Assembly: GCF_020745735.1 (NCBI RefSeq) | Contig: NC_083409.1 | Location: 18,868,341-18,932,340, forward strand | Reading direction: 5' to 3' | DNA: 64,000 nt | Origin: Hemiscyllium ocellatum | Lineage: Eukaryota | Part shown: positions 61,300 through 64,000 of the stretch, one piece after another | Numbering within the stretch: the first letter of the stretch is position 1 | Layout of the letters: every line of letters begins with the position of its first letter | Translations under genes and position numbers: made by a program | Notes under the pieces: generated by a model | Told to the model about the DNA's origin: nothing | Seen by the model: the letters and a program-made list of their open reading frames with translations, nothing else | The model's database searches: none

Positions 61300-63760
61300 T
61301 CAAAAATGAGACTTCTGAATAGCATGTTGCCTCCGAGGTGCACAGGTCAGGGATGTTTCAGATCAGCTGCAGGACATTCTGAAAGGGGAGGTGAACAGCG
61401 AGCTGTGATGGTGAATGTAGGTACAAATGATATCAGTAATAAATGGGATAAGGTCCTACAAGCAGAATTTAGGAGGTAGGAACCACGTTAAAAAGTTGAA
61501 CCTCAGAGGTAGTAATCTCAGGATTGCTACCAGTGCCACGTAGCAGGAATGAAAAAAAAAGGCAGGATGAATGCGTGACCTGAGAGATGGTGTAGGAGGG
61601 AGATGCTCAGATTTTTGGGACATTAGGACCAGTTCTGGGGGAGGTGGGACTATTACAAATCAGATGGTCTACACCTGGGCAGGACTGGAACTAATGTCCT
61701 CTGGGGTACTTTTGCTCATACTCTTGGGGAAGGTTCAAGATAAGGTAGCAGAGGGATGGCAAGATTAGGGAACCCTGGATGACAGATGAAATTGTGAGAC
61801 TAGCTAAGAGGACAAAGGATGCGTACATAAGGTCTCGGTGGCTGTAAGCATATAAAGCTTTGGAAGAATATCGCAAAAGTAGAACAGATCTGAAATGAGG
61901 AATTAAAGGGGATAAAAGGGGTCATGAAATATCATTAGCAAACAGGGTTAAGGAAAATCCCAAAGCCTTTTATTTATATAAAAGAAGCAAGTGGGTGACC
62001 AGTGAAAAGGTTAGCCCACTCAAGCACAAAGGAGGAAAGTTAGGTGTAGAGTCAGAGAAAATGGGAGAGTTCTTAATGAGTACTTTGTTTCCGTATTCAC
62101 CAAGAAGAGGGAAAAGATGGATGTTGAAATTGGGGATAGATCTTTGATTACTTTAGGTCAAGTCGGTTTAAGGGTGGAGGAAGTGTTGAGTATTCTAAAA
62201 GGCATGAAGGTGGACAAGTCCCCAGGTCAGGATGGGATCTATCCCAGGTTACTGAGGGAACCGAGAGAGGAAATAGCTGGGGCCTTAACAGATATCTTTG
62301 TAGCCGCCTTAAACGTGGCAGAGATCCCAGAGGACTAGAGAATTGCTAATGTTGTCCCCTTGTTTAAGAAGGGCAGCAAGGATAATCCAGGTTATTATCA
62401 ACCGGTGAGCCTGACATCAGTGGTAGGGAAGATGCTGGAGAAGATACTGAGGGATTGGATCTATTTACATTTGGAAGAAAATTGACTTATCAGTGATAGG
62501 CAGTATGATTTTGTGCAGGGAATGTCATATCTTACTAACTTAATAGAATTCTTTGAAGAAGTGACAAAGTTGATTGATGAGGAAAGGGCTTTTTGTGTCA
62601 TATACATGGACTTCAGTAAGGTGTTTCACAAAGTTCCCCATGATAGCCTGATGGAGAAATTAAAGTCACATAGGGTCCAGAGTGTACTCGCCAGATGGAT
62701 AGAGAATAGGCTGAACAACAGGAGGCTGACAGTGGTAGAGGAAGGGAGTTTCTCAAAATTGAAAACTGTGACCTGTGGTGTTCCACAGGGATCCATGTTG
62801 TTTGCGATATACATAAATGATCTGGAGGAAGGTATAGGTGGTCTGGTTGGCAAGTTTGCAGATGACACTAAGATTGGTGGAGTAGCAGATAGTGAAGGGG
62901 ACTGTCAGACAATGCAGCAGAATATAGATAGATTGGCGATTTGGACAGAGAATGGGACAGATGGAGTTCAATCTGGACAAATGCGAGCTGATGAATTTTG
63001 GAAGATCCAATTCTAGAGTGAACTATACAGTGAATGGAAAGTCCTGGAGAAAATAGATGCACAGAGAGATCTTGGTGTTCAGGTTCATTGTAACCTGAAG
63101 GTGGCAACACAGGTCGATAGAGTGGTCAAGAAGGTATGTGGCCTGCTTTCCTTCATCGGGTGGACAACTGAGTACAAAAGTTGGCAGGTCATGTTAGAAT
63201 TGTATCGGACTTTGGTTTGGCCACATTTGGAATACTGCCCACAGTTCTGGTCGTCATATTACCAGAAGGATGTGGATGCTTTGGAGAGGGTGCAGAGGAG
63301 GTTCACCAGGATTGCCTGGTATGGAGGGCACTAGCTATGGAGAAAGGTTGTGTAGATCAGGATTATTTTCATGAGAAAGTTAAAGTTTGAGGGGAGACCT
63401 GCTTGAGATGTACAAAATCATGAGAGGGAGAGACAGAGTGGATAGCACAAAGCTTTTTCCCAGAGTCGGGGACTCAATTACTCAGGCTCATGAGGAAGGT
63501 TAGAGAGAAAAGTTTAAGGGAGAAATGCATGGAAAGTTCTTTACACAGAGTGTTGTTGGTACCTGGAACGTATTGCCAGCCAAGGTGATAGAGGCAGGCA
63601 TGATCACACCATTAAAGATGTATCTAGACAGACACATGAATGGGCAGGGAGTAAAGGGATAAAGATCCTTGGAAAATTGATGACCAGTTTAGGTAGATGT
63701 TCTGGATTGGCGCAGACTTGGAGGCCCGAAGGGTCTGAGTCTGTGCTGTAATTTGTTTTG
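61300..63760 (+). mobile_element. Internally deleted CR1 (ORF1 esterase, then RT to the 3' end)
   Basis: VNVGTND; KSPGQDGIYPRLLRE; LTNLIEFFEEVT..DFSKVFHKVPH..GVPQGS..KFADDTK. Confidence 0.92.
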
Positions 63761-64000
63761 TTCTTTGAACTGACGAAGCTCAGTGGCACAGAGTGATCTT
63801 GGGGTACTTGCCCACTGATCTCTGAATGTGGCAAGACAGGTTAACAGAGCAGTTATGAAGGCACTTGCATTTGTCATTCAGGTAATTGCTATAAAAGCAG
63901 GAGGATATGTTGCAGTTAAGCAGAACATTGGTTAGGCCACAGCTGGAGTACTGTGTGCAGTTCAGGTCGCCACACTGTAGGAAGGATGTGATTGCACTGG

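Overview
Vertebrate genomic DNA from a shark. The evidence is HE1-type SINEs with (AATCT)n/(GATTCTAT)n tails, dense CR1 LINE debris and a nurse-shark-like NS4 light-chain gene; an orectolobiform species is an inference. Three host loci sit in about 50% or more retroelement sequence. (1) The 3' exons of a CEP350-like gene on + (215-11373; stop at 11371-11373). (2) Two exons encoding an RNase L-type KEN ribonuclease domain on + (22420-22544, 26621-26741), with an in-frame stop and damaged splice sites, plus a possible ankyrin-like remnant upstream. (3) One immunoglobulin kappa (NS4/type III) L-V-J-C cluster on - (44222 to 32646). In that cluster V has a normal 12-bp RSS, but the J 23-RSS has collapsed: a perfect nonamer abuts the J coding sequence, with no heptamer or spacer. 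Penelope-derived repeats carry minimal hammerhead-ribozyme-like cores, and a young 119-bp inverted duplication lies at 55369/57875. Almost all of the supplied ORF track is spurious or is LINE debris. There is no CRISPR, rRNA or true tRNA gene. All protein identifications are from recalled sequence similarity, not a database search, and repeat boundaries are approximate.
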